Positions 1 through 8,600 of a stretch of 32,000 bases of DNA are shown one piece after another; the first letter of the stretch is position 1, and each line of letters starts with the position of its first letter. The notes under the pieces are model-generated. The model saw only the letters and a list, made by a program, of their open reading frames with translations, did not search any database and had not been told where the DNA came from. This DNA comes from Candidatus Helarchaeota archaeon (GTDB taxonomy: Archaea; Asgardarchaeota; Lokiarchaeia; Helarchaeales; RDOG01): positions 108,505 through 140,504 of the forward strand of contig JAHPZH010000009.1 in the NCBI GenBank assembly GCA_019058315.1, in the 5' to 3' direction. A program made the position numbers and the translations under genes.

Positions 1-123
1 TTCCATCAAAATTTCCATAGCTTCTATATAGTATCGACTTGCTTCATCATAATTCTCGTCATTATCGAGATCAACAGCTTTTTTTGCTTTGCTAATACCC
101 ATCTTAAAAGTTCTCATAGACAT
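1..123 (-). CDS. vps4: Vps4-like AAA ATPase, N-terminal MIT domain only (truncated by window edge; start at 123)
   Basis: My translation of the minus strand, not in the ORF track: MSMRTFKMGISKAKKAVDLDNDENYDEASRYYIEAMEILME, open to the window edge. The pattern AxxxAKKAVxLDNxxNYDEAxxxYxEAMExLM is typical of MIT domain helices 1-2. It lies directly downstream of ESCRT-III genes on the same strand. Confidence 0.75.
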   Translation of the reverse strand, partial: MSMRTFKMGISKAKKAVDLDNDENYDEASRYYIEAMEILME

Positions 124-207
124 TAGGATTACACAATATATTTTTTTATTTCATTTAATTCCAAAATCAAAATATTGATAATTTCATAAGGAAGATCTAT
201 TTGATAG

Positions 208-825
208 TTACAATTTTTCTTCTTTCAATTTTTTTATTTCTTTTTCTAGTTCGATCATCTTCTCTGAAGGAGGTAGTAATGATTTTTTAGCTTCTGTTTC
301 TATTTCTGCATCTAGTTGTTCCATGCCCTCTTTAATGTCATATTCAGTTACTTGAAGACTCGTTTGGGTACCTTCTTCAACTCCATCTTGGATATATTCT
401 CCTGTTAAGTCGAATTGTTGCAAATTTCTTTGTAGATCTGCCATCATCTCTCCTAGTTTCGGAATTTCTACATTTTTTAATAGACTTTTCAAACTGCGTT
501 GTACAGAGGATAAGTTCTTCGCTATTTCAACATGACTTTTAGCCATCTTAATCTGATGGACTAAACCTTCAATATTCAATCTATATGTGTCTACAGCAAT
601 AGCCCATTTTTGAAATCGTAATCTATGTTGCATGTAAAGCTGAGCTCCCTGATTATTTCCTTCTAAACGATATTTTTTCGCTCTTTTATATTGAGCTTTA
701 GATTCCTTTTCTAATTGTTTTCTTTGATACATCAAATTTCGGTTAAAAAGTTCTAGGTTATTAAGCAATTTATTATAATTATCGCTTTTTCTCACCCACC
801 TAAAAAAGTCTTCAAGAACGCCCAT
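208..825 (-). CDS. ESCRT-III (Vps2/24/46, CHMP1-3-like) subunit, paralogue A
   Basis: 205 aa, basic N-terminal helices, long coiled helical core, PKLGEMMxDL...QQFDLTGEYI segment, acidic C-terminal part ending in a MIM1-like helix LEKEIKKLK; adjacent to Vps4-like MIT. Confidence 0.8.
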   Translation of the reverse strand: MGVLEDFFRWVRKSDNYNKLLNNLELFNRNLMYQRKQLEKESKAQYKRAKKYRLEGNNQGAQLYMQHRLRFQKWAIAVDTYRLNIEGLVHQIKMAKSHVEIAKNLSSVQRSLKSLLKNVEIPKLGEMMADLQRNLQQFDLTGEYIQDGVEEGTQTSLQVTEYDIKEGMEQLDAEIETEAKKSLLPPSEKMIELEKEIKKLKEEKL

Positions 826-841
826 CGACTCACCGGTAATT

Positions 842-1459
842 TCAATCTTTACCTTGTTTTAATTTTTTAATTTCATCTTCTAATTCTGAAATTTTTCCTG
901 AGGGTGTTTTTAATATTTGACCAGTTTCTACTCCAATTTCAGCGTCTAATTCTGTCATTGCTTCGTTTATTTCCGCATCAGTTACTTGTGTGCTTACTTG
1001 AGTTCCTTCTTGTATACTTTCATCAATAAATTCACCAGCTAGATCGAATTGTTGGAACATCGAATTGACATCATTCATAATTTCTGAGAGTTTTGGTAAT
1101 TGTATTGCACCTGCCATGGACCTGAGAGTCCTTTGAATTACAGCTAACGTTCTAGCCATCTCATGATGGGATTGTGCCATGCGAAGTTGATGAAGTAGGC
1201 CTTCTATATTTAGTCTATAGGTATCAACAGCAAATGCCCATTTTTGAAATCTTAAACGATGTTCCATATATAATCTAGCTGCTTGATTGTTTCCCTCTAG
1301 CCTATACCTCTTAGCCGTCCTAAAGTTATCTCTGGATTGTTTTTCCAAATGTTTTCTTTGAAAGGTCAAATTACGGTTAAAAACATCTATTTTTGTTATT
1401 ACTTTTTGCAGATTCTTGCCTTTTCTTAACCAACTAATAAATTTTTCTAATACTCCCAT
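842..1459 (-). CDS. ESCRT-III (Vps2/24/46, CHMP1-3-like) subunit, paralogue B
   Basis: 205 aa, same length as and colinear with the neighbouring ORF; PKLSEIMNDVNSMFQQFDLAGEFIDE core; C-terminal LEDEIKKLK MIM1-like helix. Confidence 0.8.
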   Translation of the reverse strand: MGVLEKFISWLRKGKNLQKVITKIDVFNRNLTFQRKHLEKQSRDNFRTAKRYRLEGNNQAARLYMEHRLRFQKWAFAVDTYRLNIEGLLHQLRMAQSHHEMARTLAVIQRTLRSMAGAIQLPKLSEIMNDVNSMFQQFDLAGEFIDESIQEGTQVSTQVTDAEINEAMTELDAEIGVETGQILKTPSGKISELEDEIKKLKQGKD

Positions 1460-1661
1460 GAAGATTTATCTCCAGGATTCTATTTTTTTTTTTAATAAAG
1501 CAAATTAGTGGATTTTTAATTTTCACCATAATTAAATTTTGTACAAATTTTGCTTAATATAAATAATTAAACACAGTTTAATTAATTATGCTTTGAGGTT
1601 GATTTTCTAATTAAAGTCAAATTTGATAATACAAATTTATTAAATATAATATTAGAAGTTA

Positions 1662-3137
1662 TTAATAACGTCCTCGTTTTTTAGATTCTGCTATTGCCTC
1701 CTCAGCTATTCTTATGGCTTTATCTTTCTCCTCTTTTGTAATTAATAGCTCTTTTTCTAGTTCTTTGTTTTCTATTTTAAGTTGTTTAATAATTAATTCA
1801 AGTTCTTGGATTTTTGCCTGAAAAGCTTTAATTTCAGTTGTTTTATCAGAATCAGTTAAAAGTAATGAATCAAAAAGTTCCTTAGCTTCTTCAATTTGAG
1901 TCCTTGATCGTCCTTCACTAAGTCGTTTTCTCCTAGCTTCCATAGTTTCTTTTAATTCGTCGCTTACAAAATCTAGGGGATTAAATCCAGAACCTCCATG
2001 TAATGTTTCTCGTATTCGGATTTTTAAAATAAGGGGGGCTCTCTTAATTACATCTCCGGTAATAATCGCCTCACCAGGTTCTAATCGGGAAATATCTTCA
2101 TTCCAATCAGATGATAATCCCTCAGAACTCTTGATTGTAATATCAATATCTCTAATATCAGTTAATTGATGAATAATCCAAGTACCAGCTTGAGCACGAA
2201 CAGTTGTATCGAGTAATTGAGGTTTTTGAGTAACAATTACTAAATTTGCACCAAATTTTCTTCCTTCTTGAGCAAGTAATTTGACTGTTTCCCTAACTTT
2301 TGTTTTTTTCTTAGACGCAAAAAGATGGGCTTCATCTAATATACAGTAAAAAGGTTGAATTTCTCCATCTACAGATGCATCATATAATTTCATTAATATT
2401 TTGTGGGTCAAAGCTTCCTGAACTTCTAAATCCAAACCGCGTAGATTTACAATTGTACATTGTTGAGATGAGATTAAATCCTTCGCTGAGCTTGTCATAA
2501 GAAATTCTATGGGTACATCTCCCCCGGGATTTATATCCAAATCCGTAAATTCAATTATTTGTTCAGCATATGATTTCGGTTCGACATGAAATTCTTTAGA
2601 ACTATCGGAATTTTCAACTTTAAGGCTCGAATATTCTCCATGACGATCAAAAATTATTACTGGAATCCCCTTTTTCAAAAATTCCTCTATAAAAACCCCA
2701 ACTGTATACGATTTTCCAGAACCACTCTTACCAGTAATAAAAACTCGTCCAAATTTGGCTAAAGGAAGTAAGACATCATATGGATATCCTCTTAATTTCC
2801 CAAAATATACTCCCTTTTCTTCTGGTGTAAATATTCCTAAAGTCTCCCTTATCAATTCTTCAGTTGCTTTATAAACGACTTCTTTAGGTTTAAATGGTGT
2901 CTTTGGTATACTACCTACAACTTCGGCAACACCATAAATAAAACTTTTTTCATTCCAAATTTCTTTAATAATTAATAAATAGAACTTCTCTCCATGCTTT
3001 GCTTGAATATAATCATTTCTTCCTATTTTTGGATTTGTAATATCAATGTTTACAGTATGAGCATATGTTTTACCCTCGATAGTTCCAATTTGTTCTAAAT
3101 TTTCAGTTTCCATTTTAAACCCTATATTGATCAACAT
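1662..3137 (-). CDS. HerA/DUF87-type P-loop ATPase with C-terminal coiled coil
   Basis: Walker A GKSGSGKSYT, Walker B YCILDEAHLFA, HerA-like VIIFDRHGEYSSL and VIVTQKPQLLDTTVRAQAGTWIIHQL segments; C-terminal ~75 aa heptad-like charged helix. Likely true start is the internal METENLEQ. Confidence 0.85.
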   Translation of the reverse strand: MLINIGFKMETENLEQIGTIEGKTYAHTVNIDITNPKIGRNDYIQAKHGEKFYLLIIKEIWNEKSFIYGVAEVVGSIPKTPFKPKEVVYKATEELIRETLGIFTPEEKGVYFGKLRGYPYDVLLPLAKFGRVFITGKSGSGKSYTVGVFIEEFLKKGIPVIIFDRHGEYSSLKVENSDSSKEFHVEPKSYAEQIIEFTDLDINPGGDVPIEFLMTSSAKDLISSQQCTIVNLRGLDLEVQEALTHKILMKLYDASVDGEIQPFYCILDEAHLFASKKKTKVRETVKLLAQEGRKFGANLVIVTQKPQLLDTTVRAQAGTWIIHQLTDIRDIDITIKSSEGLSSDWNEDISRLEPGEAIITGDVIKRAPLILKIRIRETLHGGSGFNPLDFVSDELKETMEARRKRLSEGRSRTQIEEAKELFDSLLLTDSDKTTEIKAFQAKIQELELIIKQLKIENKELEKELLITKEEKDKAIRIAEEAIAESKKRGRY

Positions 3138-3400
3138 TAATATGATAAAACAGCATTAAGTATTCAGTAATCTAATATTTAAAATTTTAATGAAAGCGGA
3201 AAATGAATAAAAATAATTACAGAAATAATCTCTATTTATTTTAATAAAGAAAAATAATTGCAAAAATGAAAAAGAAATATTTAATTTTTTGGATAGAATG
3301 CCTAGATATGTAATTTTTTAAATATCGGTTTTGATATAATAGGATTGAGAACTAAAATTTAAAAAAAAGAAACATGACTAGGAAATTAAATTAAGAGGAT

Positions 3401-4033
3401 TTGAACGAAATGGGATTTTTTAAGAAATTATTCCCCAAAAAGCAAGTAGAAAAAAGAGATCAAATTATATCTCAAATTCGGCAAAGTATGAACCAAATGA
3501 ATTTAAGATCTCGAAAATTTGCCAATCAAGCTGATTTAAATAAAGCTAAAGCAAGAAAATATATTAAAACAAACAAAGCTCTAGCAAAACAATATCTTGC
3601 AAGATATCAAAAAAGTCAAAAACTTCAAAAACGCTATGATACATATATTGCCAAATTGGAAGACAGAATTTTTGCATTAGAACAAGCCGAAGATATCAAA
3701 GCAATGACGGATGCTATGAAAGGGGCAACTGTCGCATTAAAGCAAGCCAGTGTGTTAATTAACCCACAAACAGCAATGGAACTTTCTGTGGAATCTCAAC
3801 AAGCTATGGCTGACATTGATAGAGCAGGAGAGATATTCGCCGAAGAAGAGGATTTAAATTTAGATGAAGAAGAACTGGACGCAGCCCTCGAAGAATTAGA
3901 AGCAGAGGCACTATTAGGGGAAATTGAAGAATTACCGGAAGTACCAGCCGATACTATTCGACAACCTGAAAAATCTAAAGTTAAAAAACAACTTGAAGAA
4001 TTAAGAGAATCCATTGATTCAGATATAGATTAA
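3401..4033 (+). CDS. ESCRT-III (Vps20/32/60, Snf7/CHMP4-7-like) subunit
   Basis: 210 aa; MGFFKKLF N-terminus, KARKYIKTNKALAKQYLARYQKSQKLQKRYDTYIAKLEDRI core, LDEEELDAALEELEAEAL, then IEELPEVPAD (MIM2-like). The likely start is the ATG of MGFFKKLF, a few codons into the ORF. Confidence 0.85.
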   Translation: MNEMGFFKKLFPKKQVEKRDQIISQIRQSMNQMNLRSRKFANQADLNKAKARKYIKTNKALAKQYLARYQKSQKLQKRYDTYIAKLEDRIFALEQAEDIKAMTDAMKGATVALKQASVLINPQTAMELSVESQQAMADIDRAGEIFAEEEDLNLDEEELDAALEELEAEALLGEIEELPEVPADTIRQPEKSKVKKQLEELRESIDSDID

Positions 4034-4050
4034 AAATAAAATTAAATACT

Positions 4051-4287
4051 TTAGGCCGCCCAAGGTAAATCAGGAGTTTCTGGAGTAGGTGCAGCTGGTG
4101 TCGGAATAATAGCAAGCATAACAATAACACCTACTATTAATAATAATGTAACAATAATAACAGAATAAGGACCTACTTTTACTCCCCAACTCTCCTCTTG
4201 AAAAAATCGTATTAAACCAGCACCTGCAAAAGGCATCGGTCCTTCACGGGATCTACGTTTTTGGCGTCTACCTGGCTTTTTTGACAT
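4051..4287 (-). CDS. secG: Preprotein translocase subunit Sec61beta
   Basis: KKPGRRQKRRSREGPMPFAGAGLIRFFQEESWGVKVGPYSVIIVTLLLIVGVIVML: hallmark archaeal Sec61beta (PFAGAGLIRFF...GVKVGP...single TM). Confidence 0.93.
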   Translation of the reverse strand: MSKKPGRRQKRRSREGPMPFAGAGLIRFFQEESWGVKVGPYSVIIVTLLLIVGVIVMLAIIPTPAAPTPETPDLPWAA

Positions 4288-4378
4288 CTTATTTCAAACT
4301 TTTTAATTTTTAATAAATTAATTAATATAATTTAATTTTCTTTTATAAAAGTTAATAACAATCAGAGGAAACATAAAA

Positions 4379-4666
4379 ATGAAAATATCCGAATTTCAAC
4401 AATTGATGAAGGATCTATATTTTGAACGAGATAAAAAAAGAGGAGTTTCAAAAACCTTTTGTTGGTTGGTTGAAGAAATTGGAGAACTAGCCAAGAGTAT
4501 AAATAAGAAAAATCTTGATGTTGCTCAAGAATTTGCTGATGTTTTAGCATGGTTATGTTCTGTAGCAAATTTATTTGAGATTGATCTAGAGAAAGTAGCT
4601 ATAGACAAATATAATTATTTTTGCCCAAAATGTAAAAAAAATCCTTGTAAGTGTGAATTTGATTAA
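4379..4666 (+). CDS. MazG-like nucleotide pyrophosphohydrolase with C-terminal Cys-rich tail
   Basis: EEIGELAKSI...EFADVLAWL (MazG ExxE...D metal motifs) and C-terminal CPKCKKNPCKC. Confidence 0.8.
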   Translation: MKISEFQQLMKDLYFERDKKRGVSKTFCWLVEEIGELAKSINKKNLDVAQEFADVLAWLCSVANLFEIDLEKVAIDKYNYFCPKCKKNPCKCEFD

Positions 4667-4849
4667 TTTATTATGAGTAAATAAACAACTTCATGTTTAA
4701 ACAATATATTCTTTTATAGTTCAATGAAAAAATAATTAAATTATATAATAATTTGAATTTTAAAACTTGAATTTTTAATGAAAATAGTGAAAAGAAATAT
4801 TAATCAATAACTCAAATCTTACTTAATTTACTCTGGAGTAACGATATTA

Positions 4850-5689
4850 ATGAAAGTAGAGGAAATTATGAAAAAGGAAGTAATTTCAGTAGAAGTTCCG
4901 AATTCTAGAGCTAACCTCATGGAATTATTTGAAAAACATAATTTAAAATCATTACCAGTACTAAAAAAAGGCACGAATAATTTAGTTGGAGTAGTAACAC
5001 AAGCAGATCTCATTAAAAATCCTTCCGAAGATCAACTTGCCTTATTGATGACTAGGAATCCAATTACCGTTTCTGCTAAAGATGATATTAAAAATGCTGT
5101 AAAATTAATAATAAATAACAATCTTAGACGTTTACCGGTTACAGACAACGATAAAAGTTTAAAAGGAATGTTATCGATAACAGATATTATTTCAAAAGGT
5201 ATCTCAAAGTTAGGTATTCAAAAGACTATAAAGGATTATATTTTAAGGACTTTTACTTCAATTTGGGAAGGAACTCCACTTCCAATAGTACCTCATATTA
5301 TGAGGTTAGCCAAAAAACAGGCTCTTCTTGTTTTAAATGATAAAGGTAATTTATCAGGAATAATATCACAAGAAGATCTTATTAAAGCAAGTGAAATTGT
5401 GTCTGAAAATACAAAATCAAATATTTCTGCTGAATCTGAAGGTGATTTTAGTTGGGATGCTTCCTCTACACTTCTTATAACTCAACATAAATTAAAATTA
5501 CCAAATGATAAACTAATTAAAGATGTAATGGAAAAAAAATTAATCACTGCAATTGAATCTACTAGTATTAAAGAATGCGCTGATAAAATGCGTAAATATA
5601 ATATAAGCCAATTACCGGTTTTAGATGCTCGTGGGGAATTAATTGGATTAATAACCGATAATAGTTTGTTAAAAGCACTTTATGAATAA
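4850..5689 (+). CDS. CBS-domain protein (four CBS motifs)
   Basis: Repeated IMKKEVISVEV, LMTRNPITVSA, VMEKKLITAIES units each followed by LPVxxxxxxLxGxxTxxDL segments. Confidence 0.85.
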   Translation: MKVEEIMKKEVISVEVPNSRANLMELFEKHNLKSLPVLKKGTNNLVGVVTQADLIKNPSEDQLALLMTRNPITVSAKDDIKNAVKLIINNNLRRLPVTDNDKSLKGMLSITDIISKGISKLGIQKTIKDYILRTFTSIWEGTPLPIVPHIMRLAKKQALLVLNDKGNLSGIISQEDLIKASEIVSENTKSNISAESEGDFSWDASSTLLITQHKLKLPNDKLIKDVMEKKLITAIESTSIKECADKMRKYNISQLPVLDARGELIGLITDNSLLKALYE

Positions 5690-5698
5690 AATTACTTA

Positions 5699-8600
5699 TT
5701 ACTTAGCAAATTGCATGATATTTGTCTGATGCCCTTTATCTTTACTACTTTCAAATATTGAATTTATGTATTCTTCAGCTAATTCTAATCTTTGTTTTAA
5801 ATAATTATCTAATTCATACTTTTTTGCAATATCAATCGCAATTTGTAAATATTTTATAATTCCACCTTTTGTAACAGTAAGAATTAATTTACCATTACAT
5901 GGTTTATCCCTAATTTTATTTCTACAATTACCAGAAAGCGGAATACGCCGATAAGTTTTATTACATTTTGGACAACGATAGGATTGATTGGCAAAAGCCC
6001 GTAAATTTCCAATAATATCACGTAAAAAATGTTTTTCAATTATACGTTTAGCTGCATCTTTTACGTCAACTGCTCGAATTTTTTTTGCTATATCTAATTG
6101 AGCTTCGACTTTTTCCTTCATTGATTTTAATTTTTTATATTTAGTCTCTTTAGGCCCAAAATTGATATTTGTAGTATAATGACTGAATTTAAAACCTTCA
6201 TATTGCAAAGATGAACCACGTCTCTTATCTACAATATCAATTATATTTCGAACGTCTTTAGGACTTGGAAAATTAATAGTAGAATCATAAAATAAGAGTG
6301 GTAATTTCTCTGCTACCTCCATATTATAAACTTCATCATCAATCTCATCAGGGTTAATTGTGAGGGTGAGAATTAAAGGAGCATCCATTACCCCTCCACG
6401 AGTAGCTGGTAAATAATCGATAGAGAAATTAAGAAGTGCATCAAGAGCTAAAATAATTGCATCTTCATCACTATCACAGTTTCTCCTTTTTCCAGCATGC
6501 CAATAAGGGTGAGCAAAGAGAACATTTGATTCTGTAAATCCTATAATTCTCCCAACAACTCCTGCTGAAATATGTGGTGCTAATCCTATTACAATATGTC
6601 CTAAAAGCCCTTTAATATTTTTTAAATTGTAAAATTTCGGTAAATTGTAGACTTTTTCAAGCAAATCGTCAATGAATTTTGAAACTTTTAAAAGATACTC
6701 AGCACTGTTATAGGAGATTACAATATCTTGTACTCTTAATTCAACAATTTGGTTTTCACTAGTAAGTTCAAAACCTTTATAATCTGATGTATAACCTAAT
6801 CTTTTTAATTCTTTTAAGTCGATACCAATTTCGAATGGTTTAAAATGGGTCAAAGGGGCGTCAGTAGCATCATATCTACAAGTACCATCTCTAAATACAA
6901 AGGTATTGTTTTTAGCCCTCAATATTCCTTTTTCTAAAAGTTCAGGTGTTTTATCTTTACTTATTAAACCTATAACACATTTTACTTTTTCAGGTGCTAA
7001 TTCTTTTAATGATTTAAGTTTTTTACTTAGCAGTTTATTTAAATTTATATGTTTTTTGGTAGAGAATTTAGCTTGTGCTCCGCAACACTTACATATACCA
7101 TCATCAATTTCAATATTACATTTCGAACATATCATAACCTTTGAAGTTCGAACTTTACAACGAGGACATAGATTTTCATAAGTGATTTCATTACATTTAG
7201 TGCATTTTTTCGTAACTATATCAACAAACGGCTCTTTTCTATTGAAAGCAGCTTTAATCAGGTCTCTTTGAGTTCCGCCTGTTCTTCCTATAGGAAAAAG
7301 ACTATGAACTGGAGGATTCATTTTTCTTTCTTTGGATTTTTCAGGACGTCCCATACGTGCTCCAATATAATATGGAGCTTTAATTTTAACTTTAATATTA
7401 GAAATTGATTCTATAATCTTCAAACAATTGTCTTCTATAAGATCGGGTTGAATATCAATACTTTTATTATCTAATTGTAAGAGTTCTTTTAAAATTAATG
7501 AATTTTCAGTAAAAATAATTTTATTTTCTTTTACTTCATGTGGTATTTCAATTTTCTCGAGAATATTTTTAGCATTTTCATCATATTCATGAATTATATA
7601 ATTGGATGCAGGTCTATTTTGAGAGTTTGATTCTATTAACCAATTACGTAAAAACACGAATTCATCCTTTGATATATCATTCCAGCAATAATTATATGTC
7701 GGATGTAAAGAAATATCCAGATTTTTAGAGATTTTGATAGCTTCTTTTTGTGTAGGTTTAAAATTTAAAGGTTTTTGGATGAATTTTTCCAATTTTTCAT
7801 TATTAATATTCAACATTTTGCTTACTGAATTCAAACTAGGGAATTTTTTAGTTACAGATTTTAATTCTTCAGCCCACCATTCCTCACAATCCGCAGAAGG
7901 TAAAATAACATGATCATTTTCTAAAAATTCTCCAAAAGCAATTAGACAATCCCCTTGAGAAATAATTTCTTTAATTGATGATTTTAATTTTTTTGCTTCT
8001 TCTATTGAATTTATTCTTTTAACACTTCCATTTTTTAATTTAACAAGAGGTCCCTCTATAGAGTCTACAGGCATAACAATAGAGCCTTTTCCAGGTCTTT
8101 CAGTTATAAACTGTGTACCATTCGCAATAAAACTATCTGTCCCAATAATCATTGTAGCAGGATTTAATCCAACAGCAGCTAAACCAGTATTTCTTGATCT
8201 TCCATATCGTAATCTAAATCCTCCTTTACGAGAAGGATATGCAAGAATTGGTCGTCCTGCAATAACATCCGCTAAAAATTTTGTTTTTGGTTTTATATCC
8301 ATTTCTTTTTCTTTGACTTTTTGTTTCTGAGTAACCAATTTATCAATCCATTCCCAGCCTTCAATCTTCGACTTCGAAATTATTCGTTTTAATTTATGAG
8401 CTTTTCCTAATAATCCGTCATTAAAAACTAATACAGCACCACCTCTTACTCTATTGGTCTCTATTCGAGGAAGGTCTCTATGGCCTGTAACTTCTTCCTT
8501 TTGTGTTGGTTCTCCTGTAATTTCAATTGGAATATGTGTAGCAGCATATTTAATATCATCCGGTTTGGAAGGAAATTGAAGGCTCATAATATCCTTATAT

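Noticed and set aside
3796-4014. Antisense ORF MDSLNSSSCFLTLDFSG... within the Snf7-type ESCRT-III gene
   Set aside because: Low-complexity Ser-rich translation opposite the acidic coding region; a reading-frame artefact.
4362-4568. Antisense ORF overlapping the MazG-like gene
   Set aside because: The + strand frame has recognisable MazG motifs; the antisense translation has none.
4828-5013. Antisense ORF opposite the CBS gene
   Set aside because: No recognisable domain and it overlaps the well-supported CBS reading frame.
6906-7181. ORF antisense to the DP2 zinc-finger region
   Set aside because: Shadow ORF of a highly conserved gene.
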